Positions 41,127-50,120 of a DNA stretch of 63,307 bases are shown one piece after another. The position numbers and the translations under genes were made by a program. Origin of the DNA: Promethearchaeota archaeon. Its GTDB lineage: Archaea; Asgardarchaeota; Lokiarchaeia; Sigyniarchaeales; SOKP01. The stretch is taken from assembly GCA_029838195.1 (NCBI GenBank), contig JALGVJ010000023.1, positions 1-63,307 on the forward strand, written 5' to 3'. The notes under the pieces are model-generated. The model saw only the letters and a program-made list of their open reading frames with translations, ran no database searches and was not told the DNA's origin. Numbering within the stretch: position 1 is the first letter of the stretch; every line of letters begins with the position of its first letter.

Positions 41127-43259
41127 ATGGCGGAAAAACATGCTTTAAAACAAATCGCCCTCGATACGGGCGGTACCATGACTGATTCGTTTGTTATTGA
41201 TGAACAAGGGCAATTCTCTGTGGGAAAAGCGTTTACTACTCCGCATGACGAATCTATTGGAATCTTAAACTCTCTCGAAGATGCCTTGAGCCCCTGGGGA
41301 AGCATGCTTGAAGAATCGGGAAAAACCGTGGATGCCTTAGTCTATTCCGGAACTGCTATGCTAAATCGCCTACTTGAACGAGAAGGAAACTCTAACATTG
41401 GTGTTATCGTGAATGCTGGTTTTGAAGATTTACACCGCTTTGGCCGAGGACTTCAATGTTGGATTTGGCTCGATTATGGCGGTCGATTACATGCCCGCGA
41501 GCATGAACATCCCACGCCTCTAGTTCCTAAAAAGCAAATAAAAGGTGTCAGGGGACGTATTAATTTCTGGGGGGAAGAACTCATTCCCCTCTACAGAGAT
41601 GAAGCCCGTAAAGCCGTGGAAGAATTAATTGATATGGGCGTGGAAAGCATCGTCGTTTGCCTTCTCTGCTCTTACATGAATCCCCGACATGAAAAAATGG
41701 TCGAACGGATTGCGAAAAAAGTAATGAAAGAAAAAAAGAAAGAAATCCCTATCATCTTATCTTGTGAGCATAATCCCGTCCGCGGCGAAACCCCTAGGCT
41801 TAATGCGCTCATCATCGAACAATATGCCGCTGAGCCTTCTCGAAGACACATGATACGCATTGCAGAACGCTTTAAGGAGAAAGGTGTTCTCGCCCCCTTA
41901 CGAATATTAACCTCATATGGTGGCACGATCTCTCCTTATCATAAAGCTCTGATACCTACCATGGTGTCTGGACCAATAGGCGGAATGATAGGTACTCGCT
42001 TCCTAGCTAAAGAATATGGAATTAAAAATTTAGTCTCATCCGATGTCGGAGGGACATCATTTGACGTAGGATTAACGATGGAAACTTACGTGCCCACTAA
42101 ATGGGAAAGCTCCCTTGGCCGATTCATATTAAACGTTCCCATGATCGCACTTGATTCCATTGGTGCCGGTACGGGCATGTACGTGAAATATAATGAAATT
42201 TCCGGCAGATTAGAATTTGGACCGGAATCCGCAGGGTACAAAATTGGCGTGTGCAACGAACAATCAGGCGTGGAACAAGTAACAATGACCGATTGTAGCT
42301 TGATCCTTGGCTATCTCAATCCCGATTATTTTTTGGGCGGAAAAATCCGATTGAATAAAAAACGCGCTCTAGAATATATTGAAGAACAGCTAGCCACCCC
42401 TTTAAACACAGATCCATATGCTACTGCTCGTGGAGCTTTAGACTTGATTGAAATGGACATGCGTAATCATTTGATGGGAATGATTCAGGGTCTGGGTTTT
42501 CGACCTGAAAATTACACGCTTGTATCGTTTGGAGGCGGGGGACCACTTCACGTGGCAGGATACGTGAGAGACATGAAATTCGAAGAGATACTCATCCCCG
42601 AATGGGCTGCTGCCTTTTCTGCTTTCGGTTGTGCTTGTGCCGATCACGCTTACCGACACGAAAAATCCGTGGATTTAGTGATTCCTCCCGATGGGAGCAT
42701 GAACGAGGCAGTTGCTATGGTCCTCAATGCCACTTGGGGGCAATTAAAAAAGGATATATCGAAAGAATTTGAAAAAGAAGGACGGGATCCCGGCGATATG
42801 ACCTTCTTGCCTTCTGTTAAAGTTCAATATCTTGGAATGTTGGATGATTTAGAAGTCCAATCGCCCTCTATGGAAGTAAAGCCCGATCAATTGAACGTGC
42901 TCACTTCGCGATATGATGATCTTTTTGAACAAATTTACAAGCGAGGAACTAAAAGTCCGGAATTGGGTTATCATATTACGAAAGCCATTGCAACGGGAAT
43001 TGTCCCCGTACCTAAACCGAAACTTCCCATTTATGACTTGCAAGGAAAAGAGCCAAATGATAAAGCATTAAAAGGTACTCGTGAATTCTTTTGGGGGGGA
43101 AGTTGGCATGAAGCTTCTCTATGGGAAATGGAATTGTTAGATGCCGGTAATGTGGTCCATGGACCCGCAATAATTGAAGCTCCCGCAACCACGCTTTTAG
43201 TTCCGCCGGGATTTAAAGTAGAATTAGATCAACATCGAATTTTCCACATGGAGGTGTGA
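41127..43259 (+). CDS. acxA: Acetone carboxylase beta subunit (hydantoinase A/oxoprolinase family)
   Basis: DTGGTMTD, YSGTAMLNRL, SGPIGG, DVGGTSFDV, SIGAGTG, GGGGPLH, WAAAFSAFGCA. ATG 41127 or GTG 41115. Confidence 0.88.
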   Translation: MAEKHALKQIALDTGGTMTDSFVIDEQGQFSVGKAFTTPHDESIGILNSLEDALSPWGSMLEESGKTVDALVYSGTAMLNRLLEREGNSNIGVIVNAGFEDLHRFGRGLQCWIWLDYGGRLHAREHEHPTPLVPKKQIKGVRGRINFWGEELIPLYRDEARKAVEELIDMGVESIVVCLLCSYMNPRHEKMVERIAKKVMKEKKKEIPIILSCEHNPVRGETPRLNALIIEQYAAEPSRRHMIRIAERFKEKGVLAPLRILTSYGGTISPYHKALIPTMVSGPIGGMIGTRFLAKEYGIKNLVSSDVGGTSFDVGLTMETYVPTKWESSLGRFILNVPMIALDSIGAGTGMYVKYNEISGRLEFGPESAGYKIGVCNEQSGVEQVTMTDCSLILGYLNPDYFLGGKIRLNKKRALEYIEEQLATPLNTDPYATARGALDLIEMDMRNHLMGMIQGLGFRPENYTLVSFGGGGPLHVAGYVRDMKFEEILIPEWAAAFSAFGCACADHAYRHEKSVDLVIPPDGSMNEAVAMVLNATWGQLKKDISKEFEKEGRDPGDMTFLPSVKVQYLGMLDDLEVQSPSMEVKPDQLNVLTSRYDDLFEQIYKRGTKSPELGYHITKAIATGIVPVPKPKLPIYDLQGKEPNDKALKGTREFFWGGSWHEASLWEMELLDAGNVVHGPAIIEAPATTLLVPPGFKVELDQHRIFHMEV

Positions 43260-43263
43260 AAAA

Positions 43264-45498
43264 ATGACAACAGAAATGAGTAAAAAACCAATTGGATGGA
43301 ATGGAAAAACCTTAATTGAAATGCTGGAAGAAAGCGAGCAATTATTTGATGAAACCAAGCGATATTACGGCATCGAGCGATTAAGCTTGAAAGAAAAAGA
43401 TCCGTTTCGCTACGAACGGGCCTACGCCAGCTTGAGAGGAGCATTAGTTTCTGCTCGGGAAACTGCCCTTCACGTGGCCGCTTCGCCAATTGTGAAGGAA
43501 ATAGGCGAGTTATGCTTCGCATTATACACGCCGGAAGGAGACTCTATTGTCGTGAGTACGGGCATTTTAGTGCACGTCCACACAATGTCGGAGGCCATCA
43601 AATTCATGATACGAGAAAATTATGAAGAAGAACCGGGAATCAATCCCGGAGATATCTTCTTGAATAACGATCCGGATTGTGGAAATGTGCATACAACGGA
43701 CGTCCAAACGCTAATTCCGATTTTTTGGCAAGATGAATTAATAGGATGGGCGGGGGGCGTAACACATCAAATTGATACGGGAGGCATAACGCCCGGCCAC
43801 GACCTTGTCGCTGCAATTCAACGCTTTGATGATGGTGTGTATTATACTTGTAGAAAAATAGGCTCGAATGATAAAATCTGGAAAGACCACATGATAAATG
43901 CCAAACGTTCCGTTCGCACGCCCATGTATTGGGAGCTGGATGAAAAATGCAGGCTTTCAGGAGATTTGATGATTCGCGATGCTGTCTTGAGATTTATCGA
44001 GCGAGAAGGAATTGATTATTATAAAAGATTCATGAGAGAAGCCATAGAAGAAGGGCGTCGAATTTTATTGGAAAGAGTAAAAGAGCGATTAATTCCCGGC
44101 CGATATCGTTCTGCTGGATTTTTCGACTTACCCTTGAAGGACGAAGCTTGGCAACCAAGGGCTAAAAAAAATAAAATAACGAACATGCCGTTCGAACTTC
44201 TTGTTCGAGAAGATGGCTCGATTTCCTTGAGTTTTGAAGGAGGTAGTGGACCAGGCACCAATCCGATGAATTGTGGGCGAGGAGCGATGGAAGGTGGGCA
44301 ATGGGTGCTTCTCACGCAAGTACTCATTTATGGGGATAAAGTCAATGACGGTGCTTATTATGGTGTGGAGAAAAATTATCCAAAGGGGACGTGGTGTAAT
44401 CCAGGGGATCCTTATCTTTCATACCAGAGCCCTTGGGGCAATCTGATTCCTGGTTATACCTCCATGATGAAATGCATTTCCTATGGATTATTTTCACGAG
44501 GCTATCGTGAAGAAGTAGCGCCAGGATATGGATTTACGGGAGATGCGATTCAAGGTGGCGGGATTTATGTATCAGGTCCTTTAAAAGGACAGCGATGGGC
44601 ATTATCTACTTTTGAAATAAGTTGTCAAGGATTAGGTGCCAGCGCAGTTCGAGACGGTCTGGATTTTGGGTATGCAATGTGGAATCCCGAAGCAGATATG
44701 GGTGATGTAGAGACTTGGGAACTTTTTCAAGGAGGCGTTCCGTATTTATCTCGTAGAATAAAGCCAAACACGGCGGGTTTTGGAAAATATCGGGGAGGAT
44801 GTGCGTTTGAAGGCGTGGGGCTTGTTGCATTTTCGAAGGAGGTAGATTTTTTTGGGGCCCGTGATGGATTATGTTTTCATGGAGCAGGAGGCATGCATGG
44901 AGGATATCCTCATGGAACGGGTTATCGGTTGTATGTGAGGAAGACGAACATGGAAGAAATCATTAAAAAACAGCTGCCGTATCCTTTAGGGGATTGGAGT
45001 CCGAGCGATGGCGAATTTGAGAAGTATTTAGAGGGGGAGATCATTAGGAAATCTTATTGTTCGATTTATCCCGTAACGTTTGAAAATTGGGATCTTTTTT
45101 ATCACACGCAAAGTGGGGGCCCTGGTTATGGAGACCCTTTAGAGCGCAAATTTGAGTTGTTGAAGAAGGATTTGGAAGAGCAAATTTACACTAAAGACGT
45201 CGTGGAGTGCGTGTATGGGGTGATTGCGGATCATGACGAGGAGGCGGGTGAGTGGAGAATTGATGAGGAAAAATCACGAGAAAGGAGAACTCGCATGAAA
45301 AAGGAGCGGTTAGAAAAATCCATGCCATTTGAAGAATTTTGGGAGCGCGAGAGGAATAAAATCATGGAGAACAAGTTATCAAAGCATGTAAAGACCATGT
45401 ATCGGGAGAGCATGGAACTTTCAGAGAAATGGGCACAAGAATTTAGAGAGTTTTGGAAATTACCTGATAATTTTAAAATAGAGGAGGAGGGGAAGTGA
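43264..45498 (+). CDS. acxB: Acetone carboxylase alpha subunit (hydantoinase B family)
   Basis: IGWNGKTL..ML, ASPIV.E.GELCF, STGILVHV.TM, metal-ligand-type HTTD and VTHQID, WNPEADMG, GPGYGDPLER. RBS GGAGGTG. Confidence 0.92.
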   Translation: MTTEMSKKPIGWNGKTLIEMLEESEQLFDETKRYYGIERLSLKEKDPFRYERAYASLRGALVSARETALHVAASPIVKEIGELCFALYTPEGDSIVVSTGILVHVHTMSEAIKFMIRENYEEEPGINPGDIFLNNDPDCGNVHTTDVQTLIPIFWQDELIGWAGGVTHQIDTGGITPGHDLVAAIQRFDDGVYYTCRKIGSNDKIWKDHMINAKRSVRTPMYWELDEKCRLSGDLMIRDAVLRFIEREGIDYYKRFMREAIEEGRRILLERVKERLIPGRYRSAGFFDLPLKDEAWQPRAKKNKITNMPFELLVREDGSISLSFEGGSGPGTNPMNCGRGAMEGGQWVLLTQVLIYGDKVNDGAYYGVEKNYPKGTWCNPGDPYLSYQSPWGNLIPGYTSMMKCISYGLFSRGYREEVAPGYGFTGDAIQGGGIYVSGPLKGQRWALSTFEISCQGLGASAVRDGLDFGYAMWNPEADMGDVETWELFQGGVPYLSRRIKPNTAGFGKYRGGCAFEGVGLVAFSKEVDFFGARDGLCFHGAGGMHGGYPHGTGYRLYVRKTNMEEIIKKQLPYPLGDWSPSDGEFEKYLEGEIIRKSYCSIYPVTFENWDLFYHTQSGGPGYGDPLERKFELLKKDLEEQIYTKDVVECVYGVIADHDEEAGEWRIDEEKSRERRTRMKKERLEKSMPFEEFWERERNKIMENKLSKHVKTMYRESMELSEKWAQEFREFWKLPDNFKIEEEGK

Positions 45499-45993
45499 AT
45501 GAGTTCATTGGATGATAAAACATTAGAGAGATTATTGGAAGGCGAATTAACTTGGAATGAATTGAAACCTATAATTAGTGGGAGGAAAGATAAGGATCGA
45601 TTTGAGCGCGTGTTAAAAATATTACAAGAAAAGGTTTCTTGGAAAGAACAAATTCTTTTACCCCTTCATGAGCACTTGTACATTGTTTCGAAAGAAGGTC
45701 AGCGCCTTGTAAAATGTGATTGTGGGCATGAATTTGGAGATTATAAAGAAAATTGGAAATTAAAATGTCGAGTAAGGGTACGAGATACATTAGCAACGAT
45801 AGAGGAGATTTACCCGAAATACATGGGATGTGACCCGGAATGGGAAGAGATAAGAGAATATTATTGTCCCAGTTGCTTGACTTTATTAGACGTTGAGGTC
45901 GTTCCACCAGGATACCCCGTAATTTTCAATTTTCTTCCCGATATAGACGTGTTTTATGAGAAATGGTTGGGAAAGAAAGCTCCAGATAAATAA
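45499..45993 (+). CDS. acxC: Acetone carboxylase gamma subunit
   Basis: KD.DRF, ILLPL.EHLYIV, KCDCGHEFGDY.ENWK, REYYCPSC, PGYP...F.PDID.FY..WLG; four Zn Cys. Confidence 0.93.
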   Translation: MSSLDDKTLERLLEGELTWNELKPIISGRKDKDRFERVLKILQEKVSWKEQILLPLHEHLYIVSKEGQRLVKCDCGHEFGDYKENWKLKCRVRVRDTLATIEEIYPKYMGCDPEWEEIREYYCPSCLTLLDVEVVPPGYPVIFNFLPDIDVFYEKWLGKKAPDK

Positions 45994-46227
45994 TTTTTTT
46001 TTAATCACATTATTTTTACTTTTTTTTTTAAGTTCTACGAAATTTTTTTATTTTGAATGCTCTTAGAGTAGCAGGGCAAGGTAATTAAGAGAAATGAATG
46101 CTCAACTTTTATATTATTAATTTTAATTACTCTTATTTTCTTGGTTTTTATTTTAAATTTTTTATAAGGGATTGAATATTTAATTATTAAAAGAACAAAT
46201 TAAACATGCATTTTCACGTGTATAAAA

Positions 46228-47115
46228 ATGGAAAAAAAAAAAATTGGTTGGATTGGGACTGGCGTCATGGGAAACTCAATGTGCTCGCACGTGCTAAAAG
46301 CAGGCCATTCTGTTGCTGTATATAATAGAACTAAAGCAAAAGCTACGAATTTAATTGATATGGGTGCTCAGTGGTGCTCGAATCCAAAAGAAGTGGCTGA
46401 AAAAAGCGATATTATTTTTACCATCGTAGGATTTCCTCAAGATGTAAGGCAAGTGTATTTTGGAGCTGAGGGAATTTTTAAAGGAATCAAAAAAGGAGCC
46501 ATTACTATAGACATGACTACTTCGGAGCCTACGCTTGCCCAAGAAATATATGAAGAAGGAAAGAAAATGGGCGTTCATTGTTTGGATGCCCCTGTTTCTG
46601 GAGGGGATGTTGGAGCACGAGAAGGAACTTTAGCTATCATGGTAGGAGGGGATAAGGAGATCTACGAAGAGATCTTACCCCTCTTTCAATTAATGGGAAA
46701 AAATATAGCATACATGGGGAAAGCAGGAGCAGGGCAGCATACGAAAATGAGCAATCAAATTCTCATTGCGGGCACGATGATTGGAGTCGTGGAATCCTTG
46801 CTTTATGCTTATAAAGCAGGAAATGATCTGACGGAAGTCATTAATGTTATTGGTAAAGGAGCTGCGGGATGTTGGTCCATTAATAATTTAGGCCCTCGTA
46901 TTGTTAAAGGCAATTTCGACCCGGGATTTTTTATCAAGCATTTTGTTAAAGATATGGGCATTGCACTACAAGAGGCAAAACAAATGAATTTATCGCTTCC
47001 CGGCCTCGCTCTGGCATATCAATTTTACGTGGCAGCCATGGCCATGGGATTAGAGAATCTAGGAACTCAAGGACTTTATAAGGTATTCGCTAAAATGAAT
47101 GGTGTGGACATCTAA
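46228..47115 (+). CDS. NAD(P)-dependent beta-hydroxyacid dehydrogenase (3-hydroxyisobutyrate DH/GarR/YkwC family)
   Basis: IGWIGTGVMG, YNRT, DAPVSGGD.GA, GAGQHTKM.NQ, F.PGF...HF.KD. Confidence 0.93.
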   Translation: MEKKKIGWIGTGVMGNSMCSHVLKAGHSVAVYNRTKAKATNLIDMGAQWCSNPKEVAEKSDIIFTIVGFPQDVRQVYFGAEGIFKGIKKGAITIDMTTSEPTLAQEIYEEGKKMGVHCLDAPVSGGDVGAREGTLAIMVGGDKEIYEEILPLFQLMGKNIAYMGKAGAGQHTKMSNQILIAGTMIGVVESLLYAYKAGNDLTEVINVIGKGAAGCWSINNLGPRIVKGNFDPGFFIKHFVKDMGIALQEAKQMNLSLPGLALAYQFYVAAMAMGLENLGTQGLYKVFAKMNGVDI

Positions 47116-47353
47116 CAAGAGTAATTGATAATTTTCACGCACATTATTTTTTATTTTTTTTTCCCTTGTGAATTTTTTTTATCCAAAAATTCTTTGGAAA
47201 TTTTAATCGCAATTTTTGAACCTATTGATGAAAATTATCAAGAAACGTTATATTCATGTTTTATCATGATTATAAAACGGAAAGTCCAATAAATCAAGAA
47301 AATTTTCTGGAAAAAAATGGGGATGAAATTTTAACTAAACGGATAACATTCTT

Positions 47354-47887
47354 TTATTTTAACCCTACATCTTCTAATAAAAGATCGACTAATAACTCAA
47401 AAATCGTTTCTACATTTATTCCCGTTTTAGCAGAACATTCAATAAACCCACTAAAAGAATGTTCCTTAGCTAAATTAAATCCTTCTTTAAAAGAAACTTT
47501 TCTTTTATTTTCTAGATCTAGTTTTCCCCCCACCATTAAAAAGATAGGGGATTTTTTTTCACTTTTATACGGCATTTTAAAAACTTCTAGCCAATCCTTC
47601 AAATTGCTTAAAGTTTCGGCCCGAGTAATATCATACATGAAGATTCCTGCTTTAGCTCCTCTGACATAACCGGGTAAAATGAATCTGAAACGATCTTCAC
47701 CTCCAAAATCCCAAATCTGTAGGGCAATCTTAAGCTCTCCCCTAATAATATATTTAACTTCAATATTAACCCCAATCGTACTCATGATCTCCTCATTAAA
47801 CATTCCCGTTAAATATCTGTGCGTGAGACTTGATTTTCCGACTCCTGAATCTCCAAAAATAACTGTTTTAAATGTTAATTCAAGCAA
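47354..47887 (-). CDS. Rab-like small GTPase (eukaryotic signature protein)
   Basis: G1 GDSGVGKS, G2 TIGV, G3 WDFGGEDRF, YVRGA, G4 variant GGKLD, G5 SAK. No C-terminal prenylation Cys; TTG start. Confidence 0.92.
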   Translation of the reverse strand: MLELTFKTVIFGDSGVGKSSLTHRYLTGMFNEEIMSTIGVNIEVKYIIRGELKIALQIWDFGGEDRFRFILPGYVRGAKAGIFMYDITRAETLSNLKDWLEVFKMPYKSEKKSPIFLMVGGKLDLENKRKVSFKEGFNLAKEHSFSGFIECSAKTGINVETIFELLVDLLLEDVGLK

Positions 47888-48156
47888 TTAACACATCCCA
47901 TGTAATATATTCTTATTTCTTATCTAATCCTCCTTGTTAAAAAAAATGGATGATTAGACTTTTTTTATATTTGTTATATGGATAGCTTTTAATAAAAATT
48001 ATCACATAAAAGCATTGCTATATTATCATCTAAGATAACTAAATTTCTTAGATTTTATACAATTTTTCTATAAAAATTGATAGAAATATTTAATAAATCT
48101 TAAATTATAAATTAATGAGATAAAAGCTCCCATGATTTTTTTGTAGTGAAATAATA

Positions 48157-49683
48157 TCAGGAGCCAGCAATTCGTTCGGGATACTTGCTTTGAGCTTTTA
48201 GATTTTCATGAAGCAACTTATTTAATAATTCAAAACGCTTGTCCTTGAATTGCTTATCAGGCCAAAGGTTATGAAATTCTTCGGGGTCATTAATTCTATC
48301 ATAAATATCTCCAAATTGTTCTAAAGATTCGTAAATGGTCAATTTATATTGTTCAGTAACGAGATGTCTCAAACGAGCTTTTAACGTTCCGACTTCTTCA
48401 TCATTCTCTATGAAACAGCAGTCTCTTACTTTAGTTTCCGGATCTTTTAAAATGGGCGTTATATCTTTTCCTTGCAACTGGATTTTATGATGACGTTCGG
48501 GAACTCCTAATAGATTTAAAATAGTTTTAACGTAATCGACAGAACTTACTAGCGAATTTGAAACAGTACCGGGTTTAGTTAGTCCTGGAACCTTCCAAAT
48601 AAGCGGTAATTGGAGAACTCCATTGAATGGGCAAGGTCCCTTGAATAAAAGGCCGTGATCGCCCATTAAATCACCATGATCGCTTGAAAAAACTATAATT
48701 GTATTGTCAGCCAATCCCAATCGTTCCAGCGAGGCTAATATTTGTCCGATACATTGGTCAACATATCCTATTGCAGCATAAGTAAGGGCGGTAATTTTTC
48801 TAACCTCTTCTTCGGAGGATTCTCTTAAAAAAGCTTTCTTAAAAGGAGGATTTTTCAAGTGTTCTCTAAGATATTCGTGATTATAAATGTTTTTAATGTC
48901 ATTAAAAGAAGAGGGAAGTGGTATATCTTCCGGTTTATACATTTTTTGGAAACGCTCAGGTGGATACAAAGGATAATGCGGATCGGGAAAAGAACAATGT
49001 AAATAAAAGGGCTTGTTCCCGTGAGCTCCATTAACGTGGTTTTCTAAAAAATTGATGGTTCGCTCGGTCACGTACGTCGTGCTATAATATTCTTCGGGAA
49101 TCGGATCACAAAATAAACTGAAGAGTTTATCATAATTGACACATCTCTCTTTCACTTGCTTAGCCACGGAGGGAGATTTCTCTTCTAACCATTCAATATA
49201 ATGCCCCGAACAAATGCTACCGTTTCCAATGACCACTTCCACGTGCTCATATCCATAATACAGAATTGGGAAACTCTCTCGCACGGGATCTTTTCTTCCC
49301 TTGAGTTCGGCCCAACTTGCAATACTTTCTGCGGAAACACTTTTTCTTTTAAAAGGTGCCATCCAGAATTGGTGATGGATTTTACCAATAGCAGCAGTAT
49401 ACCAACCTCTCTTTCTTAAGGTGGACATGATGGTTGGAATGTCCTCCCGCAAGTTAATTCCATTACTTCTCACGCCATGAACATTAGGGTACACTCCTGT
49501 CGCTAAGGTCGCTCGATTAGGCATGCAAATGGGATTTGCGCAAAAATAGTTGGTGAATCTCATGCCATCAGCGGCTAATTTGTCCAGATTTGGAGTTTTT
49601 AAGATGCGGTTGCCATAACAGCTCAAATGATCTTTTCTTTGGGCGTCCGTGATGATAAACAAGACATTTTTTTTTTCATTCAT
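48157..49683 (-). CDS. Sulfatase (formylglycine-dependent, AslA/choline-sulfatase-like)
   Basis: NVLFIITD, CMPNR (CxPxR), TG.YP..HG, IGK.H, SFPDPH, SDHG.LMG.HG...KG. Confidence 0.93.
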   Translation of the reverse strand: MNEKKNVLFIITDAQRKDHLSCYGNRILKTPNLDKLAADGMRFTNYFCANPICMPNRATLATGVYPNVHGVRSNGINLREDIPTIMSTLRKRGWYTAAIGKIHHQFWMAPFKRKSVSAESIASWAELKGRKDPVRESFPILYYGYEHVEVVIGNGSICSGHYIEWLEEKSPSVAKQVKERCVNYDKLFSLFCDPIPEEYYSTTYVTERTINFLENHVNGAHGNKPFYLHCSFPDPHYPLYPPERFQKMYKPEDIPLPSSFNDIKNIYNHEYLREHLKNPPFKKAFLRESSEEEVRKITALTYAAIGYVDQCIGQILASLERLGLADNTIIVFSSDHGDLMGDHGLLFKGPCPFNGVLQLPLIWKVPGLTKPGTVSNSLVSSVDYVKTILNLLGVPERHHKIQLQGKDITPILKDPETKVRDCCFIENDEEVGTLKARLRHLVTEQYKLTIYESLEQFGDIYDRINDPEEFHNLWPDKQFKDKRFELLNKLLHENLKAQSKYPERIAGS

Positions 49684-50120
49684 TTAACTTAAAATTATAT
49701 CTGTTTTTTTAATATTTTTATAAGTGAACAATCCATCTAAAATATTAAATATCTCAATATGGTTTCGAATAAAGATTAAACTAATTATGATTCTTTCAAT
49801 TATCTTTTTTAAATAATGTGTTCTCTTTTGGATTTACTTGGTTATTTATCTACTACTTCCTATAAATATTTCATTATTATTGTATGATAAGAAATTGGCA
49901 TCACTTTCAACGATTATTCTATATTTTTCAATATTGTACTTTTTTGAGGTAAATCCATTGTCAAATTCTATGTTATATTAAAAAATGTAAACATAGAGGA
50001 AAAAAGAACACTTAAAATAAAAGTTCCGTGAATATGTGATACTTTTTTAAATTTAGAATCTATTTGTTAATAGAGAAAAAATAATTAAACTGTCTTTTTA
50101 ATTTTTAAGAAAGGATAAAT

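Noticed and set aside
49700-50120. att site or integrase bounding the helicase island
   Set aside because: No direct repeat shared with the right flank, no tRNA and no integrase found; only a short unassignable minus-strand ORF remnant.
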